Shown: in pieces, positions 1 to 8,917 of the stretch | How positions within the stretch are numbered: the first letter of the stretch is position 1 | Layout: the number at the start of each line of letters is the position of its first letter | DNA from: Candidatus Parcubacteria bacterium | GTDB lineage: Bacteria; Patescibacteriota; Minisyncoccia; Phycocordibacterales; EsbW-18 | Length of the DNA stretch: 53,001 bases | Assembly (NCBI GenBank): GCA_039798445.1 | Contig: JBDKFZ010000009.1 | Coordinates: 1-53,001, forward strand | Direction: 5' to 3' | Made by a program: the position numbers and the translations under genes | Notes under the pieces: model-generated | Told to the model about the DNA's origin: nothing | The model's database searches: none | The model's input: only the letters and a program-made list of their open reading frames with translations

Positions 1-2030
1 GCTTCACCGCGCACAGTGCTCATATAGTCAGCGACACCGGTGAAGGTGCTCTCATATTCAGCAAGATATTTTTGTGCGTCGCTTCGACTCATGTCGGCAG
101 TCGCAGCAAGTGCGTTGGCTCCCATGCCGTAGAGGATGCCAAAGTTGATGACTTTTGCAGAGCGGCGCATGTCGGGTGTGACGTCGGCGAGTGGGACATC
201 GAAAATCTCGGAGGCAACCGCCGTGTGAATGTCACCACCGTCTTCGAATGTCTTAACGAGTTTTGGATCACGTGAGAGGATCGCCGCGATGCGAAGTTCG
301 ATTTGAGAATAGTCGAATGTGACAAGCGAGTACCCGCGCTCTGCCATGAATGCTCCGCGGATTGCGCGTCCGAGCGCCGTGCGAATCGGAATGTTCTGCA
401 AGTTCGGAGCCTGTGATGACATGCGTCCTGTCGCTGCGCCTGTTTGGATAAATGTCGTGTGTAAACGTCCATCCTCATCAAGCATCTTTGGGAAGGCGTC
501 GATATATGTTGAGAGAAGCTTCTGGAGTTCGCGGTACGCGATAATCTCACGAATAACAGGGTGAGAACCTGCGAGCTTGTCGAGTTCACTCTCTTTAGTA
601 GAGCGCTGACCCGTTGATGTCTTCTTCCCTCCCTTAAGACCGAGGTCAACAAAGAGCACGTCACCAAGCTGACGTGGCGAATTGATATTAAATTCTTTGC
701 CCGCATGTCCCCAAATCTTTTTTTCAAGATCAGACAACTCTTTGTGATACGTTTCAGAAAGCTCTTTGAGATAGCTCACGTCAACACGGATACCGTTACC
801 AATCATCGTTGAGATAACAGGAATGAGCGGCTTTTCGATATCTTCGAACACGTGTCGCAAACCTGCGGCATCAAGGTCAGCGAAGATTTTCTCGCGCGCC
901 TGTTTGAGGCTGTCGGTACGTGCATAACTCAAAATGTCTTCGGGTTGAGGGTTGGTGAGTTCTGAGTTGATGAGCCAGAGCGCAATCTTTGTCTCCTTCA
1001 ATTCATCTTCGGTAATGTCTGGCTCTTTGGACTTTTCTTCGACAGCTTCGGGAAAACCAAGCGTGCCGGTGTCGCTCACCGCAGCAGCGCCAAGAATGCT
1101 CTTGAGTCGTGCGCCAAATGAACGGAAGTCGAGCTCAGTAAAGAGTGCGGTAATCTCTGCAGGCGACGCTGTCTCTTTCCACGTCTTCTCAGGAAGCGCA
1201 AAAGCAATCGGCGCGTCGCGACGGATTGTGCCGAGGAGTTTCGAGAACTGTGCCTCGTCTTTGCCTTCTTTGAGAATGCCTTGGATGCGCGGGGTGATTT
1301 TGAGTTCATCAAACACAGCCGAATCAGATTCGAGCTGACGATAGATCGCTTCGATGCCGCCAAAACTTGTGATGAGCGTCGACGCAGTCTTCTCACCAAT
1401 GCCTTTGATACCCGGGATATTGTCCGATGGGTCTCCACGAAGACCTTTGTAATCCGGAAGGAGTTCGGGGCCGAATCCAAAGCGTGTAACAACGTCATCA
1501 TATCCATAAAAGACCGTGTCGTTCATTCCTTTGCGAAGCGTAAAGACTTTGACGCGTTCTTTGTCGACGAGCTGCAACGTGTCCATATCCCCCGACGCAA
1601 TGACGACCTCGAGTGTCTCGTCACCTTTTGTTTGTTCGACGATTGTTCCCAAGATGTCATCAGCTTCGAACCCTTCGTGTTCGTACGATGGAATACTAAA
1701 TGCTTTGAGAACGTCACGACTTCGTTCGATCTGAGCTACGAGCGCATCGTCGGTCTTGGCACGACCAGCTTTGTAGTCTTTGTATGCTTCGTGGCGATAC
1801 GTCGGCTTAGGCAAATCGTATGCTGCAGCAATGTAATCTGGCTTGAGGTCAGCAATGATTTTGAGAAGCATCGCCGCAAGACCATACAAAGCGCCTGACG
1901 GTTCGCCCTTACTCGTCGAGAAGTCCGGCAGCGCGTGGTAGGCGCGGTGCAAGATGGCATGCATATCCAAAAGGATGATACGTCGAGAAGCGGTGGCCTT
2001 CTTTTTCTTTTTTGGAGCTTCTTTAGGCAT
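1..2030 (-). CDS. polA: DNA polymerase I (5'-3' nuclease plus polymerase domains), C-terminus cut by the window edge
   Basis: Absent from the ORF track because it runs off the window. My translation from ATG at 2030 stays open to base 1 (MPKEAPKKKK...GDPSDNIPGIKGIGEKTA...DYSQIELRIAA...KVINFGILYGM). The start overlaps the tsaE stop (TAATG). Confidence 0.9.
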   Translation of the reverse strand, partial: MPKEAPKKKKKATASRRIILLDMHAILHRAYHALPDFSTSKGEPSGALYGLAAMLLKIIADLKPDYIAAAYDLPKPTYRHEAYKDYKAGRAKTDDALVAQIERSRDVLKAFSIPSYEHEGFEADDILGTIVEQTKGDETLEVVIASGDMDTLQLVDKERVKVFTLRKGMNDTVFYGYDDVVTRFGFGPELLPDYKGLRGDPSDNIPGIKGIGEKTASTLITSFGGIEAIYRQLESDSAVFDELKITPRIQGILKEGKDEAQFSKLLGTIRRDAPIAFALPEKTWKETASPAEITALFTELDFRSFGARLKSILGAAAVSDTGTLGFPEAVEEKSKEPDITEDELKETKIALWLINSELTNPQPEDILSYARTDSLKQAREKIFADLDAAGLRHVFEDIEKPLIPVISTMIGNGIRVDVSYLKELSETYHKELSDLEKKIWGHAGKEFNINSPRQLGDVLFVDLGLKGGKKTSTGQRSTKESELDKLAGSHPVIREIIAYRELQKLLSTYIDAFPKMLDEDGRLHTTFIQTGAATGRMSSQAPNLQNIPIRTALGRAIRGAFMAERGYSLVTFDYSQIELRIAAILSRDPKLVKTFEDGGDIHTAVASEIFDVPLADVTPDMRRSAKVINFGILYGMGANALAATADMSRSDAQKYLAEYESTFTGVADYMSTVRGE

Positions 2031-2482
2031 TAGTCTAATTTGATGATCTTACGAGTCGTCTCGTCGATGTGTTCGAGGGTGAAGTGGTGGGCGTTATTTG
2101 GAATCGTGCCGGGAACTTTCTCAGGCCATTCGATAGCAATGAGCGCGTCGGGATCAGCAAGAAGCTCCTTCCATCCCAACACTTCGAGCTCATGTGCGCT
2201 TTCGAGTCGATAAGCGTCGATGTGCACGAGTCGTTTGAATCCGCTCTCGTTAGTAACGGGCGTTTCGTACATCTTCATAATAACGAACGTCGGGCTCGTG
2301 ACATGTTCGGTGATTCCAAGCTCTTTTGCGATGGCTTTCACAAATGCGGTCTTCCCTGCTCCTAGGTCTCCGGCAAGCGCGAGAACCACTGCACCCTCGT
2401 GCGGCATAGAGCCTAGGTCAACGAGGACATCGTGAGCATAGACTTCGAGCTCTGAAATCGATTGGATGGCCTTTTCGTTCAT
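2030..2482 (-). CDS. tsaE: tRNA t6A37 biosynthesis ATPase TsaE
   Basis: P-loop GDLGAGKTAF and TSPTF motif. ORF 2030..2551 trimmed to the internal ATG (MNEKAIQS...). Confidence 0.8.
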   Translation of the reverse strand: MNEKAIQSISELEVYAHDVLVDLGSMPHEGAVVLALAGDLGAGKTAFVKAIAKELGITEHVTSPTFVIMKMYETPVTNESGFKRLVHIDAYRLESAHELEVLGWKELLADPDALIAIEWPEKVPGTIPNNAHHFTLEHIDETTRKIIKLD

Positions 2483-2576
2483 GGAGGCATTGTAACACTC
2501 GCCGGAATTGACAGTTGGCGTCAGAAAATGCGCCTTATCCTTTTTGCACAAGCGTATTTCGCTGTATCATTAGCTC

Positions 2577-4253
2577 ATGGTTGCATTTGATGACTCCAAA
2601 CAAGAGCGAAAATACGAACAACTCCGCCAAGAAGAGGAGGAGGTCGCGATACAGGCACTCTCCCAGAAATACGATATTCCTTATATAGATCTTTCGACCG
2701 TTCCGATGAGCGTCGACGCGCTTATTCTCATTCCCGAAGCAGCTGCACGTGAGGCCGGCATCGCTGCCTTCAACAGACTCAACAAGAACGTCGATGTCGC
2801 CTTTCACGCGCCTAACACCGAGCCGGTTCAAAAGATCATCGCCTCGCTCGAAGCTCAAGGCCTCATCATCGCGCCCCACCTTACCTCAACAAAAAGCCTC
2901 AATTTTGCTTGGGATCGCTACAAAGACATGGCGTTCACATCAGAGAGCAAAAAAGGCATGCTCGACGTCTCGGGTGATGAGATTGTGGCATTCATCAAAA
3001 ACGTTCACGGTTCCGAAGACGTAAAGAAATACATCGAGGAGACGATGAAACTCAAAAAGGCCTTCCGCACATCGCGCATTGTCGAAGTTCTTCTCGCCTC
3101 AGCGCTCGCAACCAAGTCGTCAGACATCCACATCGAACCCGAAGAAACAAGTGTGCGCATGCGTATGCGTCTCGACGGCATTCTCACCGACGTGGCCCGC
3201 TTTGATGCAGAAACCTATCGCCTCCTTCTCTCACGCCTCAAGCTCCTTTCAGGTCTCAAGCTCAATGTTGCCAAAGAAGCACAAGACGGACGTTTCAGTA
3301 TCAATATGGAGTCGGGCGATATCGAGATCCGTACCTCTATCCTTCCAGGACAGTATGGCGAATCGATCGTCATGCGTATCTTGAACCCTGATGCCATTGC
3401 GGCCTCAATCGACGTTTTGGGTATGCGTCCTGAGCTTTTGGCGGCTATCGAGCATGAAATCGCCAAGCCAAACGGCATGATCCTCACGACGGGTCCTACA
3501 GGCTCTGGTAAGACAACCACGCTCTATGCCTTCCTCAAGCGCGTTCACAATTCGGAGGTAAAGATTCTCACCATCGAAGACCCTATCGAATATCATCTCA
3601 CTGGAATCGTGCAGACGCAGGTTGATGCAGAAAAGAACTACACGTTCTCAACAGGTCTGCGCGCAGCACTTCGACAAGACCCCGACATCATCATGGTCGG
3701 TGAAATCCGTGACAAAGAAACTGCAGAAATTGCAATCCACGCCGCACTCACCGGACACTTGGTGTTCTCAACATTGCACACCAACTCTGCAGCGGGCGCA
3801 TTCACTCGTCTCATCGACCTCGACTTAAACCCGCGCATTCTTGGATCAGCAATTAATCTCTCGCTCGCACAACGTCTCGTGCGAAAATTGTGTACGGCTT
3901 GTCGCCAAGAATCACCACTCACAGAAACAGAAAAAGCGACCGTCGAAAGAATCCTCGCAGACGTGTCAAAACCGGAGCTCATTGCCAGTGTTCAACGAAT
4001 CAACGGCTGGAAAGCAGGGCCTGGTTGCGCGGAATGTGGCGGTGACGGCTACAAGGGTCGTATCGGCGTCTTCGAGGCGGTTCGGCTCGACGAGGCTGTC
4101 GAAAAGGCCGTCGAAGAGAACCCGAGCGAACGCGATATTAAGAAGGCCGCAGCCCCCCAAGGCTTCCTATCAATGGCTCAGGATGCGGTCGTAAAGGTGC
4201 TTGAAGGCTCTACTACATTTGAAGAGATCGCGCGCGTCGTTGACATCTCATAA
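2577..4253 (+). CDS. pilB: Type II/IV secretion family assembly ATPase (PilB/GspE-like)
   Basis: 558 aa with a T2SSE-type N-domain, Walker A GPTGSGKTTT, IMVGEIRD, and a tetracysteine cluster CTAC...CAECGG. No other pilus genes are adjacent. Confidence 0.8.
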   Translation: MVAFDDSKQERKYEQLRQEEEEVAIQALSQKYDIPYIDLSTVPMSVDALILIPEAAAREAGIAAFNRLNKNVDVAFHAPNTEPVQKIIASLEAQGLIIAPHLTSTKSLNFAWDRYKDMAFTSESKKGMLDVSGDEIVAFIKNVHGSEDVKKYIEETMKLKKAFRTSRIVEVLLASALATKSSDIHIEPEETSVRMRMRLDGILTDVARFDAETYRLLLSRLKLLSGLKLNVAKEAQDGRFSINMESGDIEIRTSILPGQYGESIVMRILNPDAIAASIDVLGMRPELLAAIEHEIAKPNGMILTTGPTGSGKTTTLYAFLKRVHNSEVKILTIEDPIEYHLTGIVQTQVDAEKNYTFSTGLRAALRQDPDIIMVGEIRDKETAEIAIHAALTGHLVFSTLHTNSAAGAFTRLIDLDLNPRILGSAINLSLAQRLVRKLCTACRQESPLTETEKATVERILADVSKPELIASVQRINGWKAGPGCAECGGDGYKGRIGVFEAVRLDEAVEKAVEENPSERDIKKAAAPQGFLSMAQDAVVKVLEGSTTFEEIARVVDIS

Positions 4254-4255
4254 CA

Positions 4256-4299
4256 AAAGCTCCGCACTGGCATATGCACAGTACGGAGCTTTCTTTTTT
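4256..4299 (+). terminator. Rho-independent terminator after pilB
   Basis: aaagctccg...cggagcttt stem followed by cttttttat. Confidence 0.7.
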
Positions 4300-4579
4300 A
4301 TTTAAATCAGATACACTTGAAGAAGTTCTTTGACCAGAGGAGAAATCTCTAAGCAACACCACGTTATCTGTTAAGGGGTTTGTTCGCAATCTTGAAATAA
4401 ATTTCAGGAAAACCAACAAATCCTCACTGACGACATGCATGCGGGCGCATGAAGGTTACTTAGAGGTTTCTCATCTGCTCTTTCGCGATTATCGAAACCC
4501 CATTCACGTAGGCTGTATTCTCGTTGGATACGGGCCTTCTGTCAAAGTGCTAGAAACAGTCTAGCATATCCCTTTTTAT

Positions 4580-5596
4580 ATGTCAAGTACCCCCTCCCAG
4601 AAAGGCCCTGTTGAGGCGTCCCCTACCGAGAGCTCTCTCGATGCCTCCCTGCGCCCTGGATTGTGGGATGAATACATAGGCCAAGACCAAATAAAGGCCA
4701 ATTTGAACATCCTTTTGTCGGCTGCCCGCCAACGAGGCCAATGTCCTGAACACGTTTTGTTCTATGGACCAGCCGGTTTGGGTAAGACCACCTTGGCCCA
4801 CCTTATTGCCCGAGAAATCGGCACTTCTCTCAAATTGACCTCCGGCCCGGCCATCGAGCGAGTTGGCGACCTCGCCTCTATCCTCACCAACCTCTCCCCT
4901 GGTGACATTCTCTTTATCGACGAGATTCACCGCCTCAACCGCGCGATCGAAGAAGTCCTCTACCCTGCCATGGAGTCAGGTCGTCTCGATATCATCATCG
5001 GCAAAGGGCCTTCGGCGCGCACGGTACAGCTCGAGCTTCCTCCGTTCACACTTGTTGCAGCAACCACGCGCATCGCATTGCTCTCATCACCGTTGCGTTC
5101 ACGTTTCTCCGGCGGAACATTCCGTCTCGATTTTTATACTGACGATGACATTCTTGCGATCATGCGTCGCTCCGCAAAAATTCTTGGTGTCGAAGCCGAA
5201 GACGAAGCCCTCAACGAAATCGCAAAGCGCAGCCGCTACACACCGCGCACCGCCAACTATCTCCTCAAGCGAGCCCGCGACTTTGCACAGATCAAAGAAG
5301 CGCCTCTCACCAAATCTCTCGCGCTCGATGCACTCAATCTTTTGGGTGTTGATGAGCAGGGTCTGACTTCGTCTGACCGCAAACTCCTCTCACTTCTCAC
5401 CGACAAGTTCTCAGGTGGCCCCGTTGGTCTCTCCACCCTTGCAGCATCAATGAGTGAAGACGCCGCAACCATCGAAGAAGTTCACGAACCCTATCTCCTT
5501 CAAATCGGCTTTCTCGAACGCACCCCTCGCGGACGTGTCATCACCGAACGCGGCCGCAAACATGGTGGTATCAACGGACAGGAGAAGTTGATGTAG
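4580..5596 (+). CDS. ruvB: Holliday junction branch migration helicase RuvB
   Basis: 338 aa with GPAGLGKTTLA, DEIHRL, and full-length RuvB-like collinearity. Confidence 0.95.
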   Translation: MSSTPSQKGPVEASPTESSLDASLRPGLWDEYIGQDQIKANLNILLSAARQRGQCPEHVLFYGPAGLGKTTLAHLIAREIGTSLKLTSGPAIERVGDLASILTNLSPGDILFIDEIHRLNRAIEEVLYPAMESGRLDIIIGKGPSARTVQLELPPFTLVAATTRIALLSSPLRSRFSGGTFRLDFYTDDDILAIMRRSAKILGVEAEDEALNEIAKRSRYTPRTANYLLKRARDFAQIKEAPLTKSLALDALNLLGVDEQGLTSSDRKLLSLLTDKFSGGPVGLSTLAASMSEDAATIEEVHEPYLLQIGFLERTPRGRVITERGRKHGGINGQEKLM

Positions 5597-5599
5597 CAC

Positions 5600-5628
5600 T
5601 TGACTTTTGTATATAAAGGTGCTACTAT
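5600..5628 (+). promoter_or_regulatory. Sigma70-like promoter TTGACT-17-TACTAT for the 5671 ORF
   Basis: TTGACT at 5600-5605 and TACTAT at 5623-5628. AGGAG at 5660-5664 lies 6 nt before the ATG. Confidence 0.55.
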
Positions 5629-5670
5629 TGTACCAGAACTGGCAATCCAGCCAGTGGTTAGGAGATCTAG

Positions 5671-6009
5671 ATGTCCGACAAGACTGCCGTGGAACGCCTC
5701 AACGAGCTGTTCTGTCTCGAGTTGGACCATGCGCCCGACGAGTTGGAGCGCAAGCTCCTCAGTCCCTACTTCAAGAAGCTGATGGACAATCTGCGGTATG
5801 AGGTCGACCAGCTCTGGCAGATCATCAACAGCATCGTGACGTCGGAACCGGACAGTAATGAGAAGCTCCGAGAAGCGCTCATGCAGCTGTCCAACCGCCG
5901 AGCACAGGTCGTGGGGAACGAAAACAAACTCCATGAGATGGAGGAAGTTCTCAAGGAGTTCGGCTTCACGAACATCCTGCCAGCCAGCACGACTCCCCCG
6001 ACGCCGTGA
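5671..6009 (+). CDS. Hypothetical small helical protein (112 aa), high GC3
   Basis: Has its own promoter, AGGAG RBS and terminator. I recognise no family. Codon third positions are mostly G/C, unlike the neighbours. Confidence 0.6.
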   Translation: MSDKTAVERLNELFCLELDHAPDELERKLLSPYFKKLMDNLRYEVDQLWQIINSIVTSEPDSNEKLREALMQLSNRRAQVVGNENKLHEMEEVLKEFGFTNILPASTTPPTP

Positions 6010-6026
6010 ACACCCACTTCGGGTTC

Positions 6027-6073
6027 AAGCCCCGACGAACGAAGCCCTGCTTCCGACGTCTGGGGCTTTTTTC
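6027..6073 (+). terminator. Rho-independent terminator
   Basis: aagccccgacg...cgtctggggctt stem followed by ttttcg. Confidence 0.7.
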
Positions 6074-6157
6074 GTTGCGAAAAACGGCATGACGAGACAA
6101 TCATTCGCCTTTTGATGTATTCTGTAACCGTCTAAAAGCCACTAGCTCATAGCTACT

Positions 6158-6682
6158 ATGTCCGGACACAACAAATGGAGCCAGATCAAAGAAAAGAAAG
6201 GTGCAACCGATGCCAAGCGCAGTAAGCTCTTCACAAAGATGGTGAAGCTCATCAAGGCTGAAGCGCGCGTTACCAAAGGTGATTTGAATGCACCGTCGCT
6301 CAAAGCGGCGATTGAAAAAGCACGCATCGCAAACATGCCCAAGGACAATATCGAACGTGCTATCAAAGGTGCATCCGAAGGCAACGCCGATGAGAAGGTG
6401 GTTTTTGAAACATACGGCCCGGGCGGTGTAGCAATCATCATCGAAGGACTCACCGACAGCGTCAATCGTGCGTCTCAAGACATCAAACACATCCTTTCAA
6501 AAAACGGCACCGCGCTTGCGGCACAAGGTTCGGCCTCATGGGCATTCGAAAAGACTCACGATGGATACACACCAACGACGATGGTTCCCATCTCCGAAGA
6601 AGACGGCGCAAAGCTCACTGAGCTCGTCGATGCGCTCGAAGAATACGACGACGTGCAGAACGTCTACACGAACGCGGAGTAA
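6158..6682 (+). CDS. yebC: YebC/PmpR family protein, short form (174 aa)
   Basis: MSGHNKWSQIKEKKGATDAKRSKLFTK..., YGPGGVAIIIE, DDVQNVYTN. About 60-70 aa of the middle domain seen in 240-aa homologues is missing. Confidence 0.85.
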   Translation: MSGHNKWSQIKEKKGATDAKRSKLFTKMVKLIKAEARVTKGDLNAPSLKAAIEKARIANMPKDNIERAIKGASEGNADEKVVFETYGPGGVAIIIEGLTDSVNRASQDIKHILSKNGTALAAQGSASWAFEKTHDGYTPTTMVPISEEDGAKLTELVDALEEYDDVQNVYTNAE

Positions 6683-6688
6683 AAAGTT

Positions 6689-6771
6689 CCAAGTAACAAG
6701 TTCCAAACAAACATTAAGTTTTAAAGTTAAAAATCTTTGAGAATTGCTTGGAACTTGGCACTTGTTACTTG
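6689..6771. repeat. Imperfect inverted repeat in the yebC-ruvC spacer
   Basis: caagtaacaagt (6690-6701) pairs with acttgttacttg (6760-6771). Extra ccaa/ttgg and gttccaag/cttggaac pairing flanks an AT-rich loop. Confidence 0.5.
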
Positions 6772-6782
6772 ATACTTACCTT

Positions 6783-7259
6783 ATGAAGGTTCTAGGAATC
6801 GACCCCGGCTACGACCGACTCGGCATCGCCGTACTCTCGGGTGATGCATCACGCCCGACACATGAACACTCCGAGTGCTTCACTCCTGATACAAAAGATT
6901 TCTTAGAGCGCTTGCATCTCTGTGGGGAGCGCGTTGCAAAAATCATTGCCGAGCATGCTCCCGACGCACTTGCGATTGAGACACTCTATTTTGCGGCGAA
7001 CAAAACAACAGCGCTTCATGTTGCTGAGATTCGCGGTGCCATTCTCTACGAAGCAACGCGCGCAAACATCCCCGTTGTCGAATACGCCCCATCAAGTGTT
7101 AAGCTCGCAGTCACCGGCCATGGCGCAAGCGACAAGCGTGGTGTCGAAGATATGGTAAAGCGCCTCGTAACGCTTCCGCGGCGTGAAATGATCGACGATG
7201 AATACGATGCGATTGCGGTTGCCATCACCCATCTCTCGCACGCTCGGGTCGCAAGATAA
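6783..7259 (+). CDS. ruvC: Holliday junction resolvase RuvC
   Basis: MKVLGIDPGYDRLGIAVL..., AIETLYF, DEYDAIAVAI. ORF trimmed to the ATG at 6783. Confidence 0.9.
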   Translation: MKVLGIDPGYDRLGIAVLSGDASRPTHEHSECFTPDTKDFLERLHLCGERVAKIIAEHAPDALAIETLYFAANKTTALHVAEIRGAILYEATRANIPVVEYAPSSVKLAVTGHGASDKRGVEDMVKRLVTLPRREMIDDEYDAIAVAITHLSHARVAR

Positions 7260-7382
7260 AATCCTTCTTCGATTTATCCACTAGACCACGATTTTGCTAT
7301 TGCGTGGTGCGCGAGCTTTTGGTACAAAGTGTGCGCGCTCATCGAGCGCATTTCGGTTACAAGACGTAATCTCATTGTATAC

Positions 7383-7586
7383 ATGTCATTCAACGACACC
7401 CTTTTGGACCCGACGCTTTTGGAGACTGATGTGAACGACTTCGATCCAGTAGAAGACCCGGTCGCTCCAGTAGATGATCCTCTCGATCCAGTAGACCCAA
7501 TAGTAGACCCGGACGGGATTGTTGCTCCTGACCCAGCCGGCGACGACGGAGAAGAGGAAGAAGATGATGCGGACGAAGAAGAATAA
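7383..7586 (+). CDS. Hypothetical highly acidic D/P-repeat protein (67 aa)
   Basis: DPVEDPVAPVDDPLDPVDPIVDPDG followed by an EEEEDDADEEE tail, then a strong terminator. Coding status is uncertain. Confidence 0.4.
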   Translation: MSFNDTLLDPTLLETDVNDFDPVEDPVAPVDDPLDPVDPIVDPDGIVAPDPAGDDGEEEEDDADEEE

Positions 7587-7606
7587 TCGCCACTCTCACT
7601 TCTAAC

Positions 7607-7634
7607 AAAAACCCCCGCAATTGCGGGGGTTTTT
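7607..7634. terminator. Bidirectional terminator (perfect palindrome)
   Basis: aaaaacccccgcaa/ttgcgggggttttt lies between the acidic ORF (+) and tyrS (-). Confidence 0.8.
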
Positions 7635-7635
7635 G

Positions 7636-8871
7636 TTATTTAGTATCGTCCTTCTTCTTTCGTTTGATGATGATGCGAATGAACTGTCGTTTTCCGAGCT
7701 TGAGGTTAATCGGGACGACGATGCGGCGCTTGGGGTCGGTAATCTTCTCCCCCGTTTCAAGGTCGCGCACACCACCACCCATGATGAGGCGACGAAATTC
7801 TGATCGTGACGGAGAAAGCTTGTGCGTCTCGATAATGTCTTCGAGTGTGACGTCTTCGTCTACTGCAACATCAACGAGATCTTCGGCACCAACCTCTTTC
7901 TTTGAGAAGAGCGTGTTGAATCGTTCGCGTGCCTGCTTTGCTGCCTTGGTACCTTTGTACATCGTCACGAGCGCTTCGGCCAAATCTTCTTTTATTGATT
8001 TGGGGTTCTCCCCTGCGTTAAGGCGTGCGCTGTAAGCGCGAACCTGATCGAGCGGAACGCGCGTACACAATTCGAAGCAATCGATGATGACGCCATCGCC
8101 AAGACGCATTGTCTTTCCAAACATATCGTCTGCCGAATCGAGAAGATTGATGGTATTGCCAAAACTCTTGCTCATCTTCTTACCATCACCCGCAGTGAGA
8201 AGCTTCATTGTGATGATGTCTTGTGGCTCTTGTTTGTGGTGTGCCTGAAGTGCGCGACCCGAAAGGAGGTTGAACCACTGGTCGAGACCGCCGAGTTCAA
8301 CATCAGCCTTGATGGCAACACTGTCGTACCCCTGCATAAGTGGGTAGAGCATCTCGCGGAGTGACACGCGGGAACCTTTGTCGAGACGACGTTTGATGTT
8401 GTCGCGCGCGATGAAGTCAGCGACAGAGAATTGATTTGCTTCGTCGGCGAGTTCTGCAAACGTAAGTTTATTGAGCCAGCGAGAGTTGTGGTGCACCTCG
8501 GTCTTCTCGAGATCAATCAACATACCGATCTGCTTGAGATAGGTCTTCTCGTTCTTCTTCACATCTTTTGCGGTAAGCATTGGTCGTTCACTCTCTTTGT
8601 CAGACGTATCGCCAACTGTTGCCGTTGCGTCTCCAATGATGAGAACAACGGTGTGGCCGAGCTCCTGAAAATCACGGAGTTTGAGAATCGGGATTGCGTG
8701 GCCGATGTGGATGTTCTCACCTGTTGGGTCGATGCCGTATTTGATACGAAGCGGTTTTCCTGATGCAAGAAGCTTTTTGAGGTGCTCGATCTGCACAACC
8801 TGTGCCGTTCCGCGCGAAAGGAGCTCGTCGATGCGCTTCAAATCTGTAATAACGTTGTTTTTCCGTGCCAT
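7636..8871 (-). CDS. tyrS: Tyrosine--tRNA ligase
   Basis: HIGH (IHIGH) and KMSKS motifs, with a C-terminal S4-like domain. ORF trimmed to MARKNNVITD... Confidence 0.9.
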   Translation of the reverse strand: MARKNNVITDLKRIDELLSRGTAQVVQIEHLKKLLASGKPLRIKYGIDPTGENIHIGHAIPILKLRDFQELGHTVVLIIGDATATVGDTSDKESERPMLTAKDVKKNEKTYLKQIGMLIDLEKTEVHHNSRWLNKLTFAELADEANQFSVADFIARDNIKRRLDKGSRVSLREMLYPLMQGYDSVAIKADVELGGLDQWFNLLSGRALQAHHKQEPQDIITMKLLTAGDGKKMSKSFGNTINLLDSADDMFGKTMRLGDGVIIDCFELCTRVPLDQVRAYSARLNAGENPKSIKEDLAEALVTMYKGTKAAKQARERFNTLFSKKEVGAEDLVDVAVDEDVTLEDIIETHKLSPSRSEFRRLIMGGGVRDLETGEKITDPKRRIVVPINLKLGKRQFIRIIIKRKKKDDTK

Positions 8872-8917
8872 ATCGGGACAGTGTAACATATTCGTGGTAT
8901 ACAAGGATGTACCGCTT

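Noticed and set aside
4300-4579. AT-richer 280-bp spacer before ruvB, with ORF 4213..4440 on the minus strand.
   Set aside because: The ORF overlaps the pilB 3' end and its terminator and has no motif. I saw no convincing RNA structure or repeat beyond a short ctagaaacagtctag palindrome.
7273-7281. Isolated 8/9 DnaA boxes (TTATCCACT here and at 47900).
   Set aside because: About 10 such one-mismatch hits are expected by chance in 53 kb on both strands. I considered only clustered or perfect boxes.
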